In this document: piece by piece, positions 26,672 through 39,402 of the stretch | Position numbering within the stretch: position 1 is the first letter of the stretch | Layout: each line of letters begins with the position of its first letter | Assembly (NCBI GenBank): GCA_025786725.1 | Contig: JAHLTZ010000007.1 | Span: 434,001-498,000 of the forward strand | Length of the DNA: 64,000 nucleotides | Direction: 5' to 3' | DNA from: Syncephalis fuscata S228 | Taxonomy: Eukaryota > Fungi > Zoopagomycota | Translations under genes and position numbers: made by a program | The notes under the pieces: generated by a model | The model's database searches: none | What the model saw: only the letters and a program-made list of their open reading frames with translations | Told to the model about the DNA's origin: nothing

Positions 26672-29600
26672 ATGGTAAGTAGTTTTTACTAGCTTATTAT
26701 TCAGCTGTATCTCTTATTAACAACGCGTTACTCGATTGTTTGATTGAATAGGGAATGAAACTGGATATCAAGGTAGATGTTTAAACAATCATCTAGACGC
26801 GATTCTCTAACTCGATTGTTTAGCGTAAGATGCTTCAACGCTCAGAACGCGTTAAATGTGTGGAATTCCATCCAACTGAGCCTTGGCTACTGGCTTCACT
26901 ATACTCGGGCAAAGTATACATTTGGAATTATGAATCTCAGGTAAATATAGTTTAGTGTTACGTATTTATCTGTATTCTTATCCATGTTGTTGATAGAGTA
27001 TGCTTAAAACACTTGAAGTGTGCGCACTACCTGGTAAGTTCAGCGTATAGGATAGCTAGTATGACTATTGTACTTATTGTTTATTAGTACGAACGGCTCG
27101 TTTTATTCCGCGTAAAAATTGGATTGTGACCGGTTCAGACGATATGCAACTACGCTGTTTCAACTACAATACATTGGAGAAAGTGTCGGCCGTTGATGCT
27201 CACGCCGACTATATCCGTACCATTGCTGTACATCCCACGCAGCCCTATGTTCTTACCGGTGCAGATGATATGCGTATTAAGCTATGGGACTGGGAGAAAG
27301 GCTGGAAGTGCATTAAAACCTTTGAAGGCCATAGCCATTATGTCATGAAGATTGTCATTAATCCAAAGGATGTCAATACATTTGCGAGTGCTTCACAAGA
27401 TAAAACGATCAAGGTCAGTAGTGGTGTTTATTAATAGTTATATAGTTTATGGTAATCAATTATGTTTAGGTGTGGAACTTGGGTGCCGATACGCCTAACT
27501 ATACACTAGAAGGTCACGAGAAAGGATTGAATTACGTTGATTATTATCAAGGCAGTGAAAAGCCTTATTTGATCAGTGCAGCTGATGACAAGTCAGTATT
27601 TATATTCATTTATTATTTACATTAATAGTATTAATATTTATACATATATATTATTGTTATTATTAATATAGACAAGTTAAGATTTGGGATTATCAAAACA
27701 AGACTTGTGTGCATACATTGGAAGGACATACACAGAATGTAGCGGCTGCATCATTCCATCCTCATTTGCCAATTATTCTTACGGCCAGTGAAGATGGCAC
27801 GGTAAGAGTATGGCATGCCAATAACTATCGTTTGGAAAACACTCTAAATTATGGACTTGATCGAGCCTGGTCGATGTCATTGACCAAGACGACAAATGAA
27901 GTGGCTATTGGATTTGATGATGGTCTTGTTGTGTTTAAGGTAATTGAATAGAGTTCATATACTATATAGCAATTAATATAAATATTGTATATCTAGTTGG
28001 GACGTGATGAACCTTCAATGAGTATGGATAATAGCGGTAAAATCATTTGGTCTAAACAGACAGATATTCAAACGGCCAATGTGAAGACGAGTCTTGGTAA
28101 GAAGAATATATAATATGCTATACTAATACTTATAATAACACATACACACATATCTATCTATATATATATATATATAGATGTGGCTATTAAGGATGGTGAA
28201 CGTCTTCAACTACCGATTAAAGATATGGGCACAACTGAAGTCTATCCCCAAACATTGCAACATAGTCCTAATGGACGGTAAGTTGATTAGGATGTCAATT
28301 AGCATTTATTAATAATCCATCATTACTATTTATAGATTTGTTGTTGTGTGTGGTGATGGTGAATATATCATTTATACTGCTCTTGCTTGGCGTAATAAAA
28401 GCTTTGGATCTGGATTGGAATTTGTATGGGCACAAGATTCAAATCTGTAAGTATTAATATGTAATAGTATTGTTATTATAATTAACAATTGATTAATTGA
28501 TTGAATTAGTTATGCTGTACGTGAATCATCGGCTAAAATCAAGGTTTATAAAAACTTTAAAGAAGTTACTGGACTATTCTCGCGTATTGGTTATACGGCA
28601 GAAGGCATTTTTGGTGGCAGTCTATTAGGCGTACGCAGTAATACCTTTATCAACTTTTATGACTGGGAATCGGGCAATATTGTCCGTCGTATCGATGTTG
28701 TACCAAAACAGGTAAATACAGTATAGAGACACATCTGTCGTCAATCAACTAACTTGTATGTATCCTCTAGGTTGTATGGTCTGAGAATGGCGATCTAGTA
28801 GCATTGGCCTGTGAAGATGCTTGTTATATTTTACGTTTCCATCGAGATGAATATAATACTGTACTAGAAAGTGGCGATGTTATTACTGAAGAAGGTGTAG
28901 AGTCAGCGTTTGATGTTGTACATGAACTAGCAGATGGGTAAGTTGTTATATAATAAAAGGAATTAGATGGATGGATAAATGGATATATATATATATATAT
29001 ACTAATGCTAGTGCTATTTATAGTGTACGTTCAGGTTGTTGGGTCGGCGATTGCTTCATTTATACCAATGCCGTGAATCGACTAAGCTATCTTGTCGGTA
29101 CTGAATCATTTGCTATTGCTCATTTTGATACGTAAGTGTAATAGTATAGTAATTGTGTATTAGATAGTGACTATTCAATTAGGAGCATGTATTTACTGGG
29201 CTATATTCCACGTGATAATCGTGTCTACTTGGCCGATAAGGTAAGATGATGGTTATAGTATAGAGAGAGACTGACTATTTATACATTATGGTTAGGATGT
29301 CAATGTTTGCAGTTATGAGATTTCATTGGGCGTTATTGAATATCAAACAGCTGTACTACGTGGTGATTTAGAAACAGCAGAGACTTTATTGGAAAATGTA
29401 CCACAAGATCAACGAAATCGAGTTGCCCGTTTTTAGAAAGTCAAGGTAAATACTATTTTGTATTAATGACTATAATCTAAATGTTATATGATATATAGAT
29501 ATGAAAGAATTGGCATTAGAAGTATCGACCGATGATGATCATCGGTTTGAACTTGCACTACTACTTAATAAGCTTGATATTGCTCTTGATATTGCCCGTG

Positions 29601-30487
29601 AAACAGAGACCGACTCCAAATGGCGTATTCTAGGTGATGCTGCATTAGCAGGCTGGAAGGCAAGTTATACTAATGGTTAATACTAATTATCATACTTATT
29701 AGTCTATTTATAGTTTACGTTGGCTGAAGAGTGTCTAAGTAAAGCGAATGACTTTAGTGGTCTATTACTGCTGTATACAGCATCTGGTAATGCCGATGGT
29801 ATTGAGAAACTTGCTCGATCAGCTGGTAAGATCATGACTATTTTCTAACTGATTCATATACTAATACGATTTATTGTATAATGACTGTTAAATGGTTATA
29901 ATAGAGGAACAAGGTAGCAATAATATTGCATTTACATGCTGGCTTCAACTGGGTCGTACAAACGAATGTATTGATCTACTTGTCAAGACTGAACGTATTC
30001 CTGAAGCAGCTATATTTGCTCGTACTTATGCTCCAAGGTAATTATGTTGATTCTATTACAATGACTATTAGTGTAGATAACCTTTTTTGTTAATCAATCT
30101 AGTCGTTTATCTGAATTGACGAAATTATGGCGTGAACAATTAGTGGCAGCCGGTAAACAAAAGCTTGCCGATGCATTGGTTGATCCAGCTGAAGACGAAA
30201 GTCACAATTATTTCCCCGACTATACGGAGGTAAGTAACACGACTAACTATTACGTTTATTTAATAAACAATTTATGTTTGTTTATTAGGCATTGACGGCA
30301 GAAGAATTATCAAAAAAGCTATTTGACCAACAACTATCAAGTATGACTTTCCTGAACATGAAGCCGACATTGAACGTGATTTAATTACCGGTAAATAAGA
30401 TTTACATGGATATTGTAGTTCAATTAGTAATAATAATAATAATGATAATGATAATTAGAGAGTAAAGAAGCAGTAACGGCCGAATAA
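26672..30487 (+). CDS. SEC27: Coatomer subunit beta' (COPB2/Sec27), many introns, apparent 1-nt frameshifts near 29432 and 30350
   Basis: [16 protein letters not shown]; [18 protein letters not shown]; AHADYIR; FEGHSHYVM; LGRDEP; [30 protein letters not shown]; [14 protein letters not shown]. Confidence 0.97.
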
Positions 30488-30789
30488 AGACAAAATGACA
30501 ACGGTGAAAAGATTGACGGCATCGTTTGATTATAAATGGTTATTGGTAAGATACTAATAATAGATACACTTGTTGCAGTAATTGGTAACTAATAGTTAAT
30601 AGACTAACGATATAAACGATAAACACTAAAACCGTATGAAATCACCTATCCACTTGTCTATTTGTCTGTTTGTTTGTTTGTTTGTTGTGGCTGGAAAACG
30701 TTTAAATAAATTTAATAGTCATTAGCAATTAAAACGTTTATTATATTATTAAAAATGAACACCATGATGTTTATTCGTTTATTATTCTA

Positions 30790-33700
30790 TTAAACAATGA
30801 TTAATGGATGTTCATGACAACGTGGGCAACAATTTTCGAAATGGGCCGTGCCCGAACCAGGTAGGGTCATTGTGGATAGTGTAGTGTTCATCCGCTTGGC
30901 TGGTCGACCCTCCATTGCTTCGTCGAGCATCTTCATTGTAAGGCGTAATTGATCGCGTAACTGAGCCGCCTCCATACGATGCGATTTTTGTTCAGCGAAA
31001 AATGCTCGTTTACCATCATCAAGTTGAGCGCGTAATTCTTGTAGCTCCACCGCATTGGGATGTTGCGATTCAGCTAGGGCCGATGCTACGGCTCGTTCTT
31101 CAATCAGCGCTTGTTGCAACGTATCGATCTTTTGTTGTAATAATTGCTCACGTTCCGTCGACCCATCCTCTTCCTGGCTGCATACAGGTGACACGGCAAG
31201 TTGCGAGCTATCACTCTGTGTACGTTGCAGCTCAGTAACGGCAGACCGGCGACGTTTACGCTCCTTTTCAAGAACAATACGCAAACGGCCAAGTTCCTCT
31301 ACTAATTGATCGATTTGTAGACGACTATCTTTACGTTCAATAAGTAATGATTCACGTAATTCACTATTTTCATTGGATAGTTTTTTAATACGACCAAGTT
31401 GTTCATCATTAGGTGGTGGTGGTGGTGGTGGCGTGGATATTGTTGTCGTTTCCGTCGTTTCTATCGTTGTTACCGATTCAATAGATCGTGTCTTTTGCTC
31501 TTCAATAATTGATTTATGTTCGGTAATTTCTTGCTCTAGCTGCTCAATACGCGTCTCATATACCGCATGACTAGCCTTTAATGTTGCTAATTGTGCTGCA
31601 TGTTCATCGCGTTCTTGCTGTATAGACTGTACCGTATCAAGTTGTTCATGCAATTGCTTTGCTTCATCGGTCTTTGCTTGTAGTTCAACATCGATTTGCG
31701 TATGTTTCTCTTGCCATTCGACCAGTAGTGCCGTATGTTCTTCTTTAATCTTAACTATCGTCGTGTCGTGTTCTTCCGTTGCTTGAGTCAATTCATCAAT
31801 ACGTTTTTGCAGTTCATTTCGTTCTTTTTCGGCTGATTGGGCTTTTAATTTGGCCCGACCACGTTCGGCCTTCAAATCACGTTGTGCATCCTTTAACGAT
31901 TGTGATAATTGATCACATTCTTCACGCGTTTTACTAATAGCCGAGTTTAATGATTCAGATGAAGTAGCTTCTGACGAACGTAATTCTTCAATCAGCAATT
32001 TAGTTCTAGCAAGTTCCTGCGTCAATTGCTGTTCACGTGTTTCGGCCGTTGAACGTGCTTCACTTAATAAAGCGGCTGTTTCTTCGTACTTTGTGCGTAG
32101 CTCACTCAACTCGGCCTCGTGTCCAGTTATCAGCTCATCTTTATTCAACTTTAATGTAGCCATACTCGACTCTAGCTGTTCAATTGTTTCATCGGCCTTT
32201 ACTTTACTTTCTTTCATCTGCTCAATCTCTTGAACCAATTCATTGTGCTTTTGCTTTAACTGCTCAGATGTTTGTTCAATGGCTACTAAACGTGCATGTT
32301 CAGTATCAAACGATGCCTTTACCGAATCACGCTCTTTCTCTGCCGATTGCAATTGCATTTTAGCACGACCACGCTCTAACTTTCTTTCATGCTCAACTTG
32401 TTCCAACTGACTTTGTGCACTGGTCTGTTTTTCTCGCAACTTGGCAAGTTCATTATTAGCTTCGTCAAGTTGAGTACGAAGTGATTCACTAGTTGATTTA
32501 TTCGTAGTTTGTAAATCAAATAGCTTTGTTTCAAGCACAGCTGTCTTTTCCGTCGATTCAGTAACATATTGTTGATATTCATCGCGCGCTATAATCAACA
32601 TACGTTTCGTATCTTCCAACTCTGCTTCAGTAGATAATTTTACTTCATGTGCAGCGGCCAATTCAGTTTGTAGCGTATCAATACGTGACTGTTGTTGTGA
32701 CGTGTCATTGGCAAACGATTGTTGATTTGATTGCAGTTCTTTACGTAATTGCTCCAATTGCTGTGCTGTATTACGTAAATCTTGTTCAAATTGTTCTTTT
32801 GTCGTAATAGTAACTGATAATTCATCCTGCAATTGTTTTGTAGTCACCTGCATATCATTGTAGCGTTGATTCACTTCATCTAATTGCGACTGTAATAATG
32901 AACTAGATTGAACCGACTGTTCTTTAGTTGTTTCTAATTCATTAATACGCTTATTGAATTGTTGAGATGATACGTTGGATTCTTCTTGCAATGATTCATA
33001 CTTTGTAGTCATTGATGTTAGCTGCTCTTGCAACGAGGCTAAAAGTGTTTTCTGTTCTGTTTCAACAGCTAACATAGCAGCCTTTTCCGTCTCAAATGCT
33101 GTTACTTGCTCATCACGCGTGGTGACTACATGTGTCATATCATCTTGTGCTTTCTGTAAATCTATTTGTAAACTGGCTATTTGCTCTTTTAGTTCACCAA
33201 GTTGACTATTAAGCGTTTCATTGTGCGTATTGCTACTGGCTAGCTGTTCAACTAATTGCTCAGCATGAGTGTTAGCCTTTGATAAATCACTTTCCAAAAT
33301 TTCTATCGCTTCTTGATGCTGTGTTTGCTTTGTCAATGACTTGGCTTGCTCCTCTTCGAGCATTTGCTGTGTTTTTGCTAACTGATTTTCGGATGCTTCA
33401 ACGCGCTCTTTTAGCTGAACTGCTTCACCATTAGCCGATTCCTTTAACTCATTAATCTCTTGTTGAGTACGTGCCACTTCTTGTTCTAATTCTTCAACTT
33501 TTACTTTATACTCTTGTTTAAGTTCAACAATAGTATTACGCTCTTGATCAAGCGTTGTATTGGCTAAAGCGTGTGCTTTAGTTAGTGCGGCTATTTCAGC
33601 AGTAGATTTTTCCGAATGTGTAGTCAATTCGACAGTCAGCGATTCAATACGTGCATGTAATCATCCTTATCCTTTTGAAGCTGTTGCTGCACTTGTTCGT

Positions 33701-35887
33701 TCTTCTTCAGAGCAGCATCGGTTGAATGGCGCGCATCGTCTAGTTCTTGTTTAACAGTTGATAATTGTTGTTCAAGTACTTCAACTTTCGATGTAGACTC
33801 TGACCGTAAAGTATCCATTGTTTCATCGCTTTGTTTAAGCTTGACAGCCAATTCATCACGCTCGTTCGTTAACACAACAACTTGGCCATTTGTATCGGCC
33901 ACTTCATCTTTGAGTCGTTGAATTTCTGTGGCAAGACTATCCTGGCCATTAGCCATTTCTTCAATAAGCTGGGCAATACGCGCTGTGTGCTTTTTGACTT
34001 CTTGTTGTGAAGTTGCCAATTCATCAGATACCACGGCTAGTTGAGCTTTATCCTTTTGAAGTGCAACTATTTGTGTTTCCAACTCTTTAACTGTACATTT
34101 ATACTCTTTAGTAACAGTACTTGCTGCTTCACGTTCTGTTTGCAATGTTTGCTGCATGCTTTCAAGCGTGGTGGTCAGCGTCGTTATCTGCGTCTCATAC
34201 TGTGCTGTTTGCTCTTCATATTTGTTATTAGCCTCTTCTAAACGCGAATCTGTCGAAGTGATCGTCTCAGTCAAGTGTTTCGTTTCTTCAGCATGTTTTG
34301 CAACAAGTTCATTAACTGTATCTGTGTGCTTTGTTGACAATTCTTCAAGTTGAGCATGTAGACGTGTTACATCACCGTCACGATCTGATGATATTGCGGT
34401 CAATGACTGTTGAAGTGAGTCACGGCTGGCCTCCAGCTCTACCGTTCGCTTTTCAGCTGCTTCTAATTCAGCTTTCAATTCACTATAAGCATTTGTATGT
34501 TGTTTGGTTGCAGCTTGCAATTCAGATGCAATTCATCTGCACGACTAGTTGATTCAACGAACTGTTCACGTATTGACTCTAATTCGCTATTCAGTGTATT
34601 AACACGATCTGATAACTCTACACGCTCGCTAACTAGAGATTCACGTTCAGTCTTCCATTCGATATGAGCAGCTTCAAACTCATCGCTTGCTTGCTTAGTC
34701 TTTTGCTCAATAGAATCAATTTGTTGCTGTTGTTTCAATAGCTCAGCTTCATGATCAGCTTTAAGTTGATTAATACTACGTGTATGATCAGCGTTAAGAG
34801 TATCGGCCAATTCATCCATGGCAGTCTTTGTAGCATGTATATCAGATTCAGCTGATTTCTTCTCCTGTTCAGTCGTTTCAATCAACTGTTTTAACGTGGT
34901 TATAGTGTCTAAAGCTTCATTATGAGCTGCTTCCAATTGGGTAGCCGTTGTTTGCACATCAATAAGCTAATTGTTGTTATTATTATTGTTATTGATGTCA
35001 TTATTAATTTACACTTTTAATCTAATCATGTTAATTACCTTTTGTTGTTCTTGCTTATATGTTTCCATTTGTGCCAACATCACTTTTTTGTGTTCATCTT
35101 GCATCGTATTTGATTCTTGATTTAATTTATCAATACATTGCTGCAACTCTTGTGTTTTATCCAATTGATGCTGTGTTGCTTGAGTTGCTTTAACAATTTG
35201 ATCTTCCAATTCTTTAATGCGCACACTTGACTGGGACTGTGATTCGCGCATTTGTTCAACATCGCTGGTGATTATTTCCAATTGAGTACGCGTTTGTTCC
35301 TCTTTCATTTGCGTTTCTTTAAGTAGTTCAGTTAAACTCTGGCTATTTTGAAGTAAATCAACTCGTTCTTGATCAACACGACTATAGTTTGTTTGTTCCG
35401 TAGTAAGTTGCAGCCGTATTTGGTCCAACTCTTTGCATGCTTGTTCGTATGTAACGCGCAAAGTGTCAAGTTCGCGTTGTAGACTTTCAACTTGCACATT
35501 GTCTGAACCACCAAATAGTTCGGCAGTTGAACCGACCTCCTGAACAACCACAACTGTTTCTTCTTCTACTGAAGTGACTACTGTGCTGGTCATTGTTGTA
35601 GCCGAGGATTCACTTTTAGTCATAGAAATTACTGATGCAGTTTCTGATTCCTGCGTAGTCTCCGTAATAATAGTAGAGCCATGTTCGCTGATAACTGGCG
35701 AGTTGGTTATCTCGGTGTCGGTCGTGGTTACCGCAGTAGAAGTACCAGTACTACCCTTTTTAACTTGGAACTTTTTTAACTTGACGCATTGTTAATAACG
35801 GCGATATTCAAGACCATTGCCACTAGTTGGACCTACCTTTTTTCGAGCAGCATCAATCTGCTTTTGACGATCCGCAGGAGACGACAT
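30790..35887 (-). CDS. Long coiled-coil protein, probably a GM130/Bug1-like golgin (two introns, two apparent 1-nt frameshifts)
   Basis: More than 1500 aa of E/Q/K/L heptad sequence across four ORFs. Basic N-terminal AARKK|LKKFQ and C-terminal CCPRCHEHPLIIV resemble GM130-type termini (my recollection, not searched). Confidence 0.65.
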
Positions 35888-36088
35888 GATGTGCAGTTTA
35901 AATAGCGCGGGCGACTAGAAGGGCGAAGATGAGTAAAGACAATATTCGGAGACTGTCCAACTGCCACGTAGCTATTCTTTATACTAATTAATATTAATTA
36001 ATATTGATGTCAATAGTATTGTATTATTACAACACTTGACACTCGTTGTTATAATAATAATAATAATAAGACAAATATTAAATATTTA

Positions 36089-39000
36089 TTATAGTGAAAG
36101 TCGGGCAATTTTGTCTTTAGAAAATTCAACTCTACATAACATTTAGATTAAATTGTTATTCTACTAATAACTATTAACTATTTACCTAAGTAGTAAAATA
36201 CGACGAATTTCATGGGCTGATAACCGTTGAAAAGCAGACTCGTCTGCAGATGAATCTATCATTTCAGTAATATCGTCAACCTATTCATTATAATTAATCC
36301 TCGTCTATTAATCCTATTCAATATAGGTTTATTACTTACATCATCCATACTCAGTAGTATATTTATTTCATTTAATCGTTCTAGTCGTTCACTTGTCATA
36401 GTACATTTACTTGAACGATTATTTGATAAAAATGAATTTAATACACGTATATCTTTATCGACTTGTAATGCACCTAGCTAATAGTCATAACTATTCATCA
36501 ATATTACTTGTTACTATTTAATACTAGTTATTTACCTGATTAATACGTGCACCCAGAGTACTGTCTCCCATTCATCTAATATAGAACGGGTAATCCATTT
36601 ATAAATAATGGCCCAATTAGTTGCACTAAGTACTTTCTATAACATACAATTGGTTAATTATTAATTACAATTAACATATTTACTACTTACTGAGAATGGT
36701 TCAACCAGTGTTTCAGTCTCCATGACAAAACGAGATCCAGTATTATCATTTAATTCTTGTTCCTCGTATCCCATCTCAGTTAACAAGTATCGAGTTGGTT
36801 TAAATAGTCTTTGTATTAATCCACGTAGTTTATGTTGCAACTGTTGTTCAAAATATCTTCAATACTCTCCTAATTAATAATAACTATTAATGGTGGATTC
36901 AAACAGTTCATTAGATTACTAACCTCTAAAATGGTTCGAGTTTTTGTTTCTAATGCTCGAATGATATTTAAAGTACGTTTCATCACTTCTAAATCATCAG
37001 TAGAATATATATTCTCTAATAAATTTAATTTAGCTTGAAGCTCATTTGCTAATTTCGGCATATAATCACTAAATAAATACATTATTTACTAATTCACAAT
37101 CTATTGATATGCTAATCTTACCAGGCCACTTCCATATTATTTAGACAAATCTATTCATTGAGATACAAGCATTATATTGTTATGGTTAATATTGTTATTA
37201 TTTGGTCCATATTACTATTTACCATATGCCACGTCGCACATCTTTTGTATCTAATTGGCTTGTATTGGCCATAAGCCGCTGATGAAGAATACGTAAATAA
37301 TCAACTTCAAGAATACGCACTAACAACTTTAATCCAGGCGCACCACTACCAGCATGACATAGTGTAATAGCTCGTTGACAGCAATTCTTTAAAATAAAGA
37401 ATACATCCTCTAAGCTGGTTGATGTTTTATCGCCATCACCAACTTCATCAAGCTGTATTACCTATAATTATAATACACCAGTTAAACGATAACACTATTT
37501 ATATTAGATTCAATCTACCTTGGCCACTGATTTACGAGCAAAATACCGTTCCATTTGAATGTAATGCTTCATTAATGAAGACATGTTGAAGCAACACGAC
37601 TACTTTGTAATAAACCAACATCATTAAGGGCAAGTGTTGCCTCTTTTAAATCAGCTCTCTGTTCCACCTCTTCCTTAGAAAGACTATCCACTTCCGCCTA
37701 TATATATATATTATTAATAATAATAATAACAATAATAACAATAATACAGTACTTACTTTTGTTCTTCTACGAATAAATCGATAATAAAGTTCAGTTTTCT
37801 GACTAATAACTGCCAATTCTTTAAGAAAACTGTCTAAATGTCTTAAATCCGTAGTTACATCACTGGGTGGTGATACAGATGCTGTATTACTCGGCTTTCC
37901 ACTAACAAATCCTAATGCTGATTTTACGGTTGATGTCTTTTGTTTCTTTAATTCTTGTTCAATACTCATAAGCTATATCATAATGATTAGGTTTTATTAC
38001 AACTAATGAGTTATCGCTATTACCATTTTATCTACTTTATACTCTTCATAAAAACTATCAAGTAGAATACTAGCTTGTGTATCCACTTCTCTCTGTATCC
38101 GATAAATAACATATAACATACGGCCCGGTCCATAATTTGTCTCGACCAATGGATAGTGATGATCCACGGCCATGGCCACCATTTCATACAATTCAGTAAT
38201 CTTTACACTAAAATTCCGTTGATCTGATACAAACTGGTCATTAGTATCTGTTTGTAATTACAATACACGCCAATACCTACTCGTGTTATCTGTTTGTACT
38301 TTACATCGATCAGACACCAACGAACAAAGAAAGTCTGCATAAAGAATAAGACCCAGTGTATCCTCGCCCACCATTGGAAATAGTTTAAAGAAGCGTCGAA
38401 TAGATTCTTGATCCTGATTACGCACCGCTTCCGCAAATGCATCCTGAATAATACGCTGTAATTCAGACCGTGCTCTATTGAGAATAGTCTCTGGCGATTC
38501 CTCCTCCTGTCCAATAGGCTATCAACAAAAATAACTGTTTAATAAACCAATACATTATTACTAATACCCGTACTGATACTTACTAGTGCAAGTTTAGACA
38601 GATCTCTATTTAATACCGATAGCTTTGTAGATCTAAATAAATGGACCGCTGCTTTGTCGTAATCTTTAAGCGACAGGCACTCCAATGTACCCATAATACA
38701 ATCCTATAGTACAGATAGAACATTTGTTTGTTTACCTCTTATAACTATATTACACTATAGCTTACCCGTAATTTCTGTGCATCTTGTATCTGTTCAATGG
38801 CCAATTTCACTTTGTTCTAAATACATGGATGTTGATTAATTGATATCCCCTATGACATATGATGCACTTACTTGTTCAGTATCTAGACCACGAATAAATT
38901 CCGTCTGTTCCTGTCCACTCTCCACTGCTCTACTTAGTACATTCGATAGTTCACCCGAATTATCATACAGCTCTTTAACATAATCCCTAGAGTTACGCAT

Positions 39001-39223
39001 ATTATACTACGTGTTATCAATAGTAACCAGCCACTTACTCGAGTTCACTTAACCGATCAAGCACACGCGCCAATTCAGTATGTTGCTGTTGTTGCTCGTC
39101 CAATTCATTCAATAATTGACCCTCCTGCCTCTTAACTAGTGCCAGCGTGTCCTCCAATTCATTCAGTGTAGTCAATTGCTTGACCTGTTCAAGCGGTGTC
39201 GTGTCAAATAACCGGCCTGCCAT
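36089..39223 (-). CDS. COG4: Conserved oligomeric Golgi complex subunit 4, many introns
   Basis: VDHHYPLVETNYGPGRMLYVIYRIQREVD; TSLEDVFFILK; C-terminal RLSAHEIRRILLLRVEFSKDKIARLSL*. Confidence 0.87.
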
Positions 39224-39402
39224 ACTCGTACAAGTAATAAAAAGGAGCAATTAATGTAATACGATTTATTAATAGAAACACTTTACACTAGTCATATCAA
39301 TGACTATCATTATAGTGTTTACTAATACGGTCCATAACCTAACACATTTGTCACCTTTGTTTCATTTGCAGTATCTTTATTCCGTTTAACCGTTGATATA
39401 CG
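39224..39402. promoter_or_regulatory. Probable bidirectional promoter between COG4 and the SF1 helicase
   Basis: The divergent start codons are only about 180 bp apart. Confidence 0.55.

Noticed and set aside
31002-35795. Numerous plus-strand and off-frame ORFs over the coiled-coil gene
   Set aside because: Antisense or frame shadows of a codon-biased coiled-coil CDS.
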